A program made the translations under genes and the position numbers. DNA of 64,000 nt from Desulfatiglandales bacterium (GTDB lineage Bacteria > Desulfobacterota > DSM-4660 > Desulfatiglandales > Desulfatiglandaceae): the NCBI GenBank assembly GCA_963662465.1, contig OY759599.1, forward strand, positions 4,672,001-4,736,000, given 5' to 3'. This document shows positions 20,424-30,488 of the stretch, piece by piece (position 1 is the first letter of the stretch; each line of letters begins with the position of its first letter). Under the pieces are notes generated by a model, which had not been told where the DNA came from, searched no databases, and saw only the letters and a list, made by a program, of their open reading frames with translations.

Positions 20424-21524
20424 CTAGTATCGATACCGCACCTTCCCATCCACCAGTTGCGCGGGATAGAGGGGAAAGTAAATATCGTGTTCCCCCGGCT
20501 TGAGAACGATTTCTCCAAAAATACCCGGATAGACAAACCCTTTCTCCAGAAGGCTTTTCACATTCCCCCGAGAGATTTCCCGTCCCTCCAGCAGACTGGT
20601 CAGAAGTTTCACGAAATCGTAACCACTGGCCACCTGATGGCAGAACGGTTTGCCGTAGGCCCCCTCGTATTTTTCCTTGGCCCGTTTGGCAAAAAGGTTG
20701 TTGGGGTTGTAGATGACGGCTGCCGCCGAATAGACGCCCTCCGCCGCCGGGGTCGACATGAGATTGACCGTCCCCGAAGATCCCAGCACGACCCCCTCGT
20801 GTTTTTTCTCTTTCAATGTCTCAAAAATCTTTTTGAGATGGCTGGGATAGCCCACGGCATAGATGGCTTCCACATCCTCGAGGTTTTCAATTTGTTCATT
20901 CACGGAACCGATTTTCCGTTCAAAAGAGGCGCTTTTGACCGTACCGCCGGTCTTCTGAAACCCCTCTCTCAGCCGCTCAAAAACCGGAACGCCGTATGGA
21001 TCATTCAAATACAGGATTCCCAGGTTCCTGACGCCTTGTTCCTTCAGGTGAAAGAGGATGGGCGCCACCTCGTATTCCGGTGAAGTAAAATACCGAAAGA
21101 CCCATTCCTTCCCTTTTGTGAGATCCGGGCTTGCCGCAACCAGGCCTACAAAGGGCACTCCCCTTTTCTCCGCCAAAGGGGCCAGGGCCATGCAAATGGC
21201 GCTTTGGGTGGAAAAACAGAGGATCGGCTGATGTGCCGATTCCAGCTTGTTGAAGACTTTTACCGCCTCTTCGGGATCGGTCTTACTGTCCTTTACAATC
21301 AATTCAACGTCCCGGCCATTGATGCCCCCTCGTTCGTTGATCTCATCCACGGCCAGGATCAGCGCGTCTCTCACATCCACCATGTGGGAGCCGGGGCCGG
21401 TCAGGGAGATGATGGCGCCGATCTTGATGGATTCCGCCTTTTCAGGCCACAGGAGCAGGGTCAAGGCGCATGCGGCTATAAACACCGCCGCAAGCAGGGT
21501 CCGGATGCGTTTTCGCTTCTTCAT
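20424..21524 (-). CDS. Branched-chain amino-acid-type (LivJ/K-like) substrate-binding protein
   Basis: Signal or TM segment, then IKIGAIISLTG, AVDEINERGGINGR, DSKTDP. Confidence 0.85.
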   Translation of the reverse strand: MKKRKRIRTLLAAVFIAACALTLLLWPEKAESIKIGAIISLTGPGSHMVDVRDALILAVDEINERGGINGRDVELIVKDSKTDPEEAVKVFNKLESAHQPILCFSTQSAICMALAPLAEKRGVPFVGLVAASPDLTKGKEWVFRYFTSPEYEVAPILFHLKEQGVRNLGILYLNDPYGVPVFERLREGFQKTGGTVKSASFERKIGSVNEQIENLEDVEAIYAVGYPSHLKKIFETLKEKKHEGVVLGSSGTVNLMSTPAAEGVYSAAAVIYNPNNLFAKRAKEKYEGAYGKPFCHQVASGYDFVKLLTSLLEGREISRGNVKSLLEKGFVYPGIFGEIVLKPGEHDIYFPLYPAQLVDGKVRYRY

Positions 21525-21599
21525 GGGTGGTTGCTCCTTGCTCGTTACTTGTTGTTCGTTCTTGCTTGCCGGTCACTATTAACTCTTAACTCTTAACTA

Positions 21600-23882
21600 T
21601 TAACTATTAACTATTAACTTCTCCTCCTCCACGGCCGGAAGGTAGATATTGAAGGTGGTCCCCTTTCCCTCTTCACTGACGGGCCGGATAAACCCGTTGT
21701 TCTGCTTGACAACCCCGTAGACCGTGGACAATCCCAGTCCCGTTCCCTTCCCAATCCCCTTGGTGGTAAAGAAGGGTTCAAAAATGTGGGAGAGGGTTTC
21801 TTCGTCCATTCCCATTCCCGTATCGCTTACAACCAGGATCACATACCGTTTGGGCCGTTGTTCCGCTTCCCGGTCTATGAAAAACGTCGCCAGATCCTTA
21901 TTGGCCGTTTCAAGGGTCAGGGTTCCGCCGGTGGGCATGGCATCCCCGGCATTGACCACCAGGTTCATGACCATCTGGTCCACCTGTCCCGGATCGATTT
22001 TGACCTTCCACAGGTCCGGGTCCAAACGGGTGACCATCCTCACATCATCCCCGATGAGACGTTCCAGCATCTTCAGGGCATCGGTGATCCTGAAATTGAG
22101 GTCCACCACCCTCGGTTGCACGGTCTCCTTGCGGCTGAAGGCCAGAAGCTGCCGGGTCAGGGCAGCCGCCTTGTCCCTGGCCTTCCGAATCTCCTCCATG
22201 TATTCACATAATGGGTTGTCCCTTCCCATTTTCATCTTCACCACATCCGAGAAACCGATGATACTGGTCAGGAGGCTGTTGAAGTCATGGGCCACGCCGC
22301 CCGCCAGTCTCCCCACGGCCTCCATCTTCTGGGACTGCCGGAGCCGCGCTTCCAGCAGCTTCTGCTCGGTAACGTCGCGCATGACGGCAACAATCTGGGT
22401 CACCCCTCCATCATCGCGTATGGGAAAATAGTTGACCTCCAGGTCCCTGACGCCCATTTCCGGATATTCCCGTTGCATCTCAAAGCTCACATCCTCGCCC
22501 TTGAAACACGCATCCAGATGGGACCTGACCGTATGTTCAAAGACCTCCCGGCCCAGCACCTCTTCCACCGAACGTCCAATAATCAACTCTCTTTTGCTTT
22601 TCCATTGCGCCAGAAAGGCATGATTCACCAACTGGTATCGATATTTTCGGTCCACCACGGCGATGAGTTCCCGTGAACTCTCCACGGCCTTCCGGTAACG
22701 GCGCAGGCGGCTCTCGGCCCGATGGCGCATCAGGGTCTCCACAAAACTTATGGAGAGGTCTTCAACGGCCTTTCGATCGGAGGTTGTGTAATGGGTTTTC
22801 TTGTTGGCCAGGGCGATCATGCCGAAGGTCCTGCCGCCCTCTTTTAGCGGCGCCCCCAAGAAGCCTGTTATAGGAGGATGACCCTCGGGAACCCCTGCCG
22901 AATCCGTATGGGAGGATGGATCATGAACCATCATTGACTCCCCTCGTTTCAGGACCCCCGCCCAGATTCCTCGCAACGCCATATTTATAATCGATTTTGC
23001 GGCCTTCGACCCCGGCATTTTGCAGGCATCCCATCCGGGGTTGCTGATGGCCATGGTATCAAAAAGACCCCTCTCGTTGATTTCCCCCACGAAACCGAAT
23101 GCGCTCCCAGTCAATTACTCCGCCTCGCCTAAAAAGGTCCGGCCGATTTCTTCTTCATTTTCCGCCTTCAGGCCGCTCTTAAAAATGGTGGTCATGCCCT
23201 TGAAAACCAGCGTCTGCCGGTTGGCCTTATGGACATCCCGGGTCCGTTCCCAAACGCGCTTTTGAAGCGCGGTGTTGCTCCTTTCCAGTTGCTCCAGAAG
23301 ATCTTGGTTCTCCAGGCGCAGCCGCCGCCGCTCCAATGCCTGGGAAACACTCACCAGGAGTTCATCCATATCCTCCAGGGGTTTGATCAGGTAATCGAAA
23401 GCCCCGTCGTTTCTGAGGGTCTCGACGGCATTGCGGATAGCGGCAAAACCGGTGAGGATGATGACCTCCGCATCCGGGTCCAGTTCCTTGACCCGCTTCA
23501 ACACCGCCACCCCGTCCACATCCGGCATGCGGATATCCGTGATCACCAGGTCAAAGGGTTCGCCTCTGAACCGGTCCACCGCCTCCCCGCCCCCCCCACG
23601 GTGAATTTGTTCTAACGCTAATCCATTGATTTGTTTGAATTGATGTGTCCTTCATAAGGTTTTGATATCAAAGGTTTACAAATAGAACAAATTTGCCCTG
23701 CCGCCCCCCCCGACGCACACGACATTGTAGCCTTCCCCGGTCAGGACCTTTTCGAGGGTCATGAGGATATCCGGTTCGTCATCCACTATGAGAATACGGA
23801 CGAAGTTTGAAGTTCGAAGGGCGATTGTCGAACCGGGTTCAGGGGACGACGGATGTCTTGGTGAACCATTACTGTTTTTCAC
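21600..23882 (-). pseudogene. REC-GAF-PAS histidine kinase disrupted by a MITE and an in-frame TAA
   Basis: Three ORF pieces join up: ILIVDD..VVCVGGG|MITE|EAVDRF..GEAE*(23115-23117)LTGSAFGF..GGVAHDFN..GTGLGL. Confidence 0.9.
23597..23700. mobile_element. 104-bp MITE with 18-bp terminal inverted repeats and a 10-bp target-site duplication
   Basis: Ends CACGGTGAATTTGTTCTA and TAGAACAAATTTGCCCTG (15/18 match). CCGCCCCCCC occurs at 23587-23596 and 23701-23710. Removal restores the reading frame. Confidence 0.9.
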
Positions 23883-23914
23883 TTTTCATTTTCTCCTTTG
23901 CGGTTCATCCTTCG

Positions 23915-25978
23915 TCAATCGCCCTTCGAACTTCCCAACACTTCCCGCACCCGATCCAGCAGCATCTCCGGCGAAAAGGGTTTCTCCAGGAAATTGACGT
24001 CCGCATCCAGAATTCCGTGGTGCGCGATCACATTATCCGTGTAGCCGGACATGAACAGAACCTTGATTTCCGGCCGCAGGGCCCTCACCCGGTCCGCCAC
24101 CTCCCGGCCGTTCATTCCCGGCATGATCACGTCGGTGATCAGCAGGTGAATCTCTTCCGCATGGGCCTCGCAGATCCGCAGGGCCGCTTCTCCTTCCCCG
24201 GCCTCAAGGACCCTCTGCCCGGATTGTTCAAGGACCAGCCCGGCAACCTTCTCCATGCGGACCGGGTCCATCTTTACCCTGCCCGGTTCGGGCGAGAGAA
24301 CCTTCACCAGCATCACATCCTCTCGAAGGGTCCTTTCCAGTATTTTTGACAATCGTTCCACCACCCCGTTGAGCTCCAGAATCTCGGGTTTGAGGGCCTG
24401 TTTTCGACTGAAGGCCAGAAGCCCCTCCGTAAGGGCCGAGGCCGACTCCCCGGCATGTTTGATCTCAAGGAGATATTCCCGCAGGGGATCATTCCCGGGG
24501 AGTTTCATCAGGGACATCTGGGCATACCCTAAAATGGGGGTGAGCAGGTTGCGGAAATCATGGGCCATGCCGCCGGCCAGGTTGCCCACGGCCTCCATTT
24601 TCTGGGCCTGATGAAGCTGGGCCTCCAGTTTCTTTTCCCGGGTCAGGTCTTCATAGAGCATTAGTTGATCCCCGTTTTGAAGGGTCATGGGGATAAACTG
24701 GATCACCTTTTTTGCGCCATCCCCGCAAACCACCGGAAATGTCCTGGGCCGAGCATCCCCCGGTTGTGCGGTTTCCCGATCCCGCACCCAGGCGACCATG
24801 GCCTCCTTTCGCCGGCCCGCGTCGGGATAGGCCTTTTGAAACCAGGCCCGGCCGGTGGGAATATCCCCCAGGGTATATCCCAACATGCGCACAAAGGTCG
24901 GATTGACGTAGATATACCGACCGTCTTTTCCGATGAGTGAAATTCCCAGGGAGGATTCCTCCACCAGGGCCTGAAATTTCTCTTTTTCCCTCGCCAGGGC
25001 CTCCCTGTCCTCCAGATGGACCATCTCACTGACGATCTGGGAGGCCATGGCCTCCATAATGACCCGGGAGAATTCGGGAATATGATCGAGGGCATGGGAG
25101 GCCATATTCAGGGACCCAATCACCCGTTCTCCGCGAATCAGGGGGAGGACGGCCATGGCCTTGAGCCCTTCCCGCTTTTCAACCGCCCCCAGGGGGAGTC
25201 CCAGCCGGTGGTACACTCCAAAAAAAGGCTTGCCGGACATGACCATGCGGGCCGCGGGCACATCCATGGGGTAATGGGAAACGCTCTCCACGAAGGGCGC
25301 GGAAATCCCCTTGTGAAAAATGAGGTTCAGAGTGCCTGATTTACGGTCAAGACGGTAGATGCCGCCCGCGTCCATGCCCGATGCCGTGATGGCCGCTTCA
25401 AGGCACAGATCCAGGCCCTGGGAAAGGGTCTCGGCATCGTTCAGGGCCAGACCCAGGTCCCGCTGGACCCGCATGACCGACTCGGCGCGCCGTCGCTCTT
25501 CCATCTCCCGCCGCAACTGTTCGTTGGCCACCCGGAGAGAATCGGTTCTTTCCAGCACCATGGTTTCAAGGCGCAGGCGGTAATCCTCCAGTTCCCGGAC
25601 CGCCTGTCGCTTCTCCATCACATTCCGGATGCTTCCGGCCAGGAGCTCGGCCGAGAGTTCATCCTTTGCCAGATAGTCGGAAGCCCCCCGCCGCATGGCA
25701 TTGACCGCCAGATCCTGGTCCCGCATGCCCGTGAGAAATATAACCGGCATGGGAACCCGCCCCTCATCCCTGGACAAGATTTCCAGAAATTCCATGCCGT
25801 TGATATCCGGCAGCCGGTAGTCCAGCAGCAGGCAATCCACACCTCCGGATCGGCACAGGGCCAGCCCCTCTTTCCCGGTAAAGGCCCGAAGGACGGCGTC
25901 CGGGTTGAACCCGGCTTCCGCCAGGAGGTCCCCAACAATCTCCTGGTCGTCCGGGTCGTCATCCACCACCAGGAGGGT
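23915..25978 (-). pseudogene. REC-GAF-PAS-HisKA-REC hybrid kinase lacking the HATPase domain and its native start
   Basis: The MDPVRME|KVAGLVLEQSG junction removes the 151 codons present in paralog 18457-20349. The 5' end runs into a heptamer array. Confidence 0.88.
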
Positions 25979-27137
25979 GGGATTGGTGATTGTTGATTGT
26001 TGATTGTCGATTGTTGATTGGTGATTGGTGATTGGTGATTGGTGATTGGTGATTGGTGATTGGTGATTGGTGATTGTTGATTGGTGATTGGTGATTGGTG
26101 ATTGGTGATTGAAGAGCCTCTATTTCTCTTTGCGTCTTTGCGTCTTTGCGAGAGATATTTTCATCGCCTATCAACAATCGCCAATCAACAATCCCAGCGG
26201 TGACGCGGATTTCCCCGTGGTCCGGAGTGAATTTCACCGCATTGGACAGGAGATGGTACACCATCTGCCGAATGCTGCGTTTGTTCACCCATACTTCGGT
26301 TCCTTCCAGATTTTCGGAAATATTGAGTGTAAGGCTTATGGCGCGTTTAAAGGCGTTCTCCTTTACCATGTTGAGGCTCTCCTCCAGGAGGTCCCGCACA
26401 TGAACCGCACCCTGTTCCAGCGCCGTCTCCCCGTTTTCCTCCAGGCTGACGAGATCCAGGATGTGGTCAATCATGGTCAGCAGATGCTTTCCGCTTTCCA
26501 GGATGTCCCCCACGTACGCCATCTGCCTGGGGTTGAGTTTACCGAAATACTGTGCCATCAACACTTCTGAAAAGCCGATGACGGCGTTTAAGGGCGTCCG
26601 CAGTTCATGGCTCATGGCGCCGAGGAACTCGCTCTTGGCAAGGCTTGCCGCTTCGGCCTCTTCCTTGGCCCCTACCAGTTCACGGGTACGTTCCAGCACC
26701 TGATGCTCCAGCTCCGTCTTGCCCCGAGCCAATGCTTGACAGAGTTCTTGGTTTTCCCGGCGCAGTTTCCGTTTTTGAAGCGCCTGGGCCACGGTATTTT
26801 CGAGGCGGCTGATATCCTCCAGGGGTTTGGTCAGGTAATCGAAGGCCCGGTCGTCCCGCAAGGCTTCTATGGCGCCTTTCATGTTGCCGAAACCGGTCAG
26901 GATAATCACCTGGATATCTTGATCCATTTCCTTGATCCGCCGCATGAACGAAAGGCCGTCCATGCCCGGCATGCGAACGTCGGTGATGACCAGATCAAAG
27001 GGACGGGACCGCAGCAGCGCCAGCCCTTCCCGTCCGGTGGAAGCGCACTCCATATGGTAATTCGATTCCGCCAGAACCCGCCGAAGGGTCTCCAGGATCT
27101 CCGGCTCGTCATCCACCATCAGAATTCGCTCGTTCAT
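25959..27137 (-). pseudogene. REC-HisKA kinase truncated within HATPase at a heptamer array
   Basis: ILMVDD, AMSHELRTPLN, LLSNAVKFT, then QSPITNH repeats. No G1/F/G2 boxes. Confidence 0.88.
25979..26111. repeat. Tandem heptamer array, about 19 x GATTG(G/T)T
   Basis: Directly visible; translates as (QSPITNH)n on the minus strand. Confidence 0.95.
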
Positions 27138-27141
27138 TTCT

Positions 27142-28368
27142 CTACCTTTCCCCATCCTGATATTTTGCCCGGATGGTCAGGATTTCATCCCTGGCGGCAA
27201 AAAAGGCGTCCACCACCTTCGGGTCGAAATGGCTTCCCCTCCCTTCCCGGATGATCTCAAAGGCTTTTTCCAGGGAAAACGGTTCTTTGTACAGCCGCGT
27301 GGAGGTGAGGGCGTCAAACACGTCCGCAATGGCCGTGATCCGTCCGGCCAGGGGAATTTGTTTCCCCTTGAGCCCTTTGGGATAGCCGGTTCCGTCCCAT
27401 TTTTCATGATGGGTGGCGGCAATAACCTCGGCCAGTTTGATAAACCCTGAATCAGCGCCTTTGAGTATCTGCTGTCCCATCACCGAATGCTGTCTCATCA
27501 ATTTCCATTCAGCCGAATCCAGTTTTCCGGGTTTCATGAGGATTCGATCGGGAATGCCGATCTTTCCCACATCGTGCATGCCGGCCGCATAGAGGATGTT
27601 CTCCACAATCTTTTCATTCAATCCCATTTTCCGGGCAACCGCCTCCGCATAGTTGCTCATGCGCAGAATGTGAGCGGCGGTATTTTCATCCTTATATTCA
27701 GCGGCCCGGGAGAGGCGGTAAATGGTGCCGAGAGAGACTTTCTTGAGCTTTTCAAACGTTTTCCGGAGTTGCTCCGTCCTTTCGGCCACCTCTGCTTCCA
27801 GTTCCTTCTGATAATTCAGCATATGGTCATGATACGCCTTCACCTTCACCGAGGATCGGACCCTGGCCTGCAACTCCGCCATATCCACCGGTTTGCTCAA
27901 GAAATCATCCGCGCCCGCCCGCAAGGCCCTGATCCTCGCCTTTGTCTCCTTGAGGGCGGTCACCATAACCACCGAGATCATTTGGGTGGCGGCATCCTGT
28001 TTCAGTCGCTCAGCCACCTCGAAACCGTCCATTCCGGGCATCATGACATCCAGCAGAATCACATCCGGCGGGTCTTCCCTGGCCGAATCGAGGGCCTTCA
28101 AACCGTTCTCCGCCAGGGTTACCTCATAACCGAGGGGCAGCAACATGGCCTCCATGAGGCGAAGGTTTCGCTCTTCATCATCCACCACCAAAACCCTTGG
28201 ATTGTTGATCCTTGGATTGTCGATTGTTGATTGTTGATTGTTGATTGAAGGCGCCGCTTGGCTTCTTGGGTTCATGGACACACCTCCGGGACCATTATTG
28301 GATTGGTGATTGTTGGATTGGTGATTGGCGATTGAAGGCGCCGCTTGGCTTTTTGGGTTCATGGACAC
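27142..28368 (-). CDS. RpfG-like response regulator with HD-GYP c-di-GMP phosphodiesterase
   Basis: REC (VLVVDD, LDVMMP) plus MHDVGKIG, HHEKWDGTGYP, ADVFDAL. The N-terminus is duplicated. Confidence 0.92.
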   Translation of the reverse strand: MSMNPKSQAAPSIANHQSNNHQSNNGPGGVSMNPRSQAAPSINNQQSTIDNPRINNPRVLVVDDEERNLRLMEAMLLPLGYEVTLAENGLKALDSAREDPPDVILLDVMMPGMDGFEVAERLKQDAATQMISVVMVTALKETKARIRALRAGADDFLSKPVDMAELQARVRSSVKVKAYHDHMLNYQKELEAEVAERTEQLRKTFEKLKKVSLGTIYRLSRAAEYKDENTAAHILRMSNYAEAVARKMGLNEKIVENILYAAGMHDVGKIGIPDRILMKPGKLDSAEWKLMRQHSVMGQQILKGADSGFIKLAEVIAATHHEKWDGTGYPKGLKGKQIPLAGRITAIADVFDALTSTRLYKEPFSLEKAFEIIREGRGSHFDPKVVDAFFAARDEILTIRAKYQDGER

Positions 28369-28374
28369 ACCTCC
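28243..28374. repeat. 45-bp direct repeat (28243-28287, 28330-28374) duplicating the RBS and start codon
   Basis: GATTGAAGGCGCCGCTTGGCTT(C/T)TTGGGTTCATGGACACACCTCC, 87-bp (in-frame) spacing, separated by heptamers. Confidence 0.92.
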
Positions 28375-28453
28375 ATAACAATTGGTATTTCAGCGTTAAG
28401 GGTTGGCTCAATCGACAATCAACAATCAACAATCAACAATCAACAATCGACAA

Positions 28454-30398
28454 TCAACAATCCCCCACCGCCCTTCTCAGCTCCCGCATTCGGGGGGGTT
28501 TGCTCAGGATCACATCCACATGGGGGATCTTCTTCCCTTCGGATTGCAGCATTTTTCCCCAGCCGGTGAGGAGAATGACCGGCGTGTCTGAGGATTCGGC
28601 CTTGATGTGTTTCGCCACCTCCCGACCGTCCATATAGGGCATGCCCAGATCGGTCACCACCAGCTCAAAGGGTTTCCCCCGTTTTCGGGCGTCATAAAAG
28701 GCTTTGAGACCCTCGGCGCCGCTGTAGGCGATCTTTACCCGGTGGCCGTCCGTTTCAAACATCCCTTGGAGGAGACTGAGCAGGGCCGGTTCATCATCGA
28801 TGGCCAGTATCCGCATGGGGGATGCGGGCATGGGCATCTCATGGGATATTTCGCTTACGGGTTCATCCCCTTCACGGGAAATGGGAAAGAGCAGCCGCAC
28901 GGATGTTCCCTCGCCGGGCTCGCTTTCAATCTGAATCTCCCCGTCGTGCCGTTCCATGATCCCGTGTACCGTGGCCAGCCCCAGGCCCGTTCCTCCGGCC
29001 CCTTTCGTTGAAAAAAAGGGTTCCAGACATCGATCTTTTTCCTGTTTCCCCATCCCCGTTCCGGAATCCTTCACCTGAAGGAATATGTCGTCTTCGGAAA
29101 TCCCGGTGCCGAGGGTTATGACGCCGCCTCCCGGCATGGCGTCGGCGACGTTGAAGATCAGGTTGATCAGGGCCTGGCGAATCTCGCTTTCCAGGCCCTC
29201 CACAAGGGGAAGGGGGTCCGTCGGTTCGGTCTTGACCTCGATCATGATCCCCTTGCGGTGGGCGATATCTTTCCACCGGGGTTTTGCCAGTTCCATGGCC
29301 TGAATGACCATTTGGTTGAGATCCAGGGGACCGAGGCACTGACTTTCCGGCGTGGTGCGGTAAAAGGACCGCATTCTCTCCACGATCCCGATAATGTCCT
29401 CGCCTGCCGTTCGGATGATCGTCAGGTATTGGGATATTTTTTCATCGAGACCCTTTTCATGAATCAGCAGCAGGTCGGTGTAGCCCAGAATGGGCGACAC
29501 CGCGTTGTTGATGTCGTGGGCCATGCCGGAGGCCATCTGCCCCAGGGCCCGCAGCCGCTCCTGCCGCATCACGGTCATCTGGGTCTTTCGAAGGTCGTTA
29601 CAGGCATCGTGCAGGTCCTCATAGAGTTTGGCGTTTTGAGCCCCCAGCGCCACGTGCTCGGCCAATTGCTGGAGAAACTCGAATGATCCGCTGGTGAAAC
29701 TCCCCGGTTTCCGCCGCATGGTCAGCAGGACCCCCAGCACCTCGTCTTCCACGGCCAGGGGCGTCAGCACCATGGAACGGAATCCTTCCGCCGCGAGGCC
29801 TTCCAAGGCGGGGGTGTACAACAGGGATATATCCGGTTCATAAACCGCTTTCCCTTCCGCGCACCGGCGCAAACCGTTTTGATCAATGGGGATAATGGTT
29901 CCGGGATACATTCCCCATTTCTTGACCAGTTTCAGGTCCGTGGTCCCCGTGGCCGCCACCGTGAAAATGTCCTCGTCCTGATCCAGAAGCAGAACACAGC
30001 CGAAATCCACGGACAGGTAATCTTCCAGATATTTGAGGGCAACGGTAAAAAGGGAGTGCTTGTCCTGCCGTTGAATCATGGCGCGGGTCATTTGGTTCAA
30101 CAACCGCATCCGTTTCAATTGGTGCTGAAGACGGTCCTCTTTCTTTTTTAACTGCTCACAGGCACGAACCAGTTGGGCGGTTTTTTCCCGGACACGCACT
30201 TCCAGATCGTCTTGTACCTGTAAAAGCGCCTTCTCGGCCTCCACCCGTTCTCGGGTTTTTCGTTGAAGCGTCTTTTCCGTTTGATTTCCATCGGACCACC
30301 CACCCAATGGATTCTTCCACGGGCCGCCCGCGGCCCCGTTTTTCAGGGCTTCCCCCCCCCCTGCTTGTCACCAAAATCTGCAACGGTTTTTGTTCCAT
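28454..30398 (-). CDS. GAF hybrid histidine kinase; the native start (30398) is out of frame across a G10 tract
   Basis: GAF, SGMAHDINN, HATPase and REC lie in 28454-30307. Upstream MEQKPLQILV joins in-frame if the C10 at 30352-30361 is C9. Confidence 0.8.
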
Positions 30399-30488
30399 CT
30401 CTTCGCCTCCGGCGAGTTAATAGTTAATAGTTAATAGTTGAGGAGAAATCGTCTATTCCTTCACTTTTCACTTTTCACTCTTCACTCT

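Noticed and set aside
25979..26111. CRISPR array
   Set aside because: Contiguous 7-bp units with no spacers, and no cas genes in the window.
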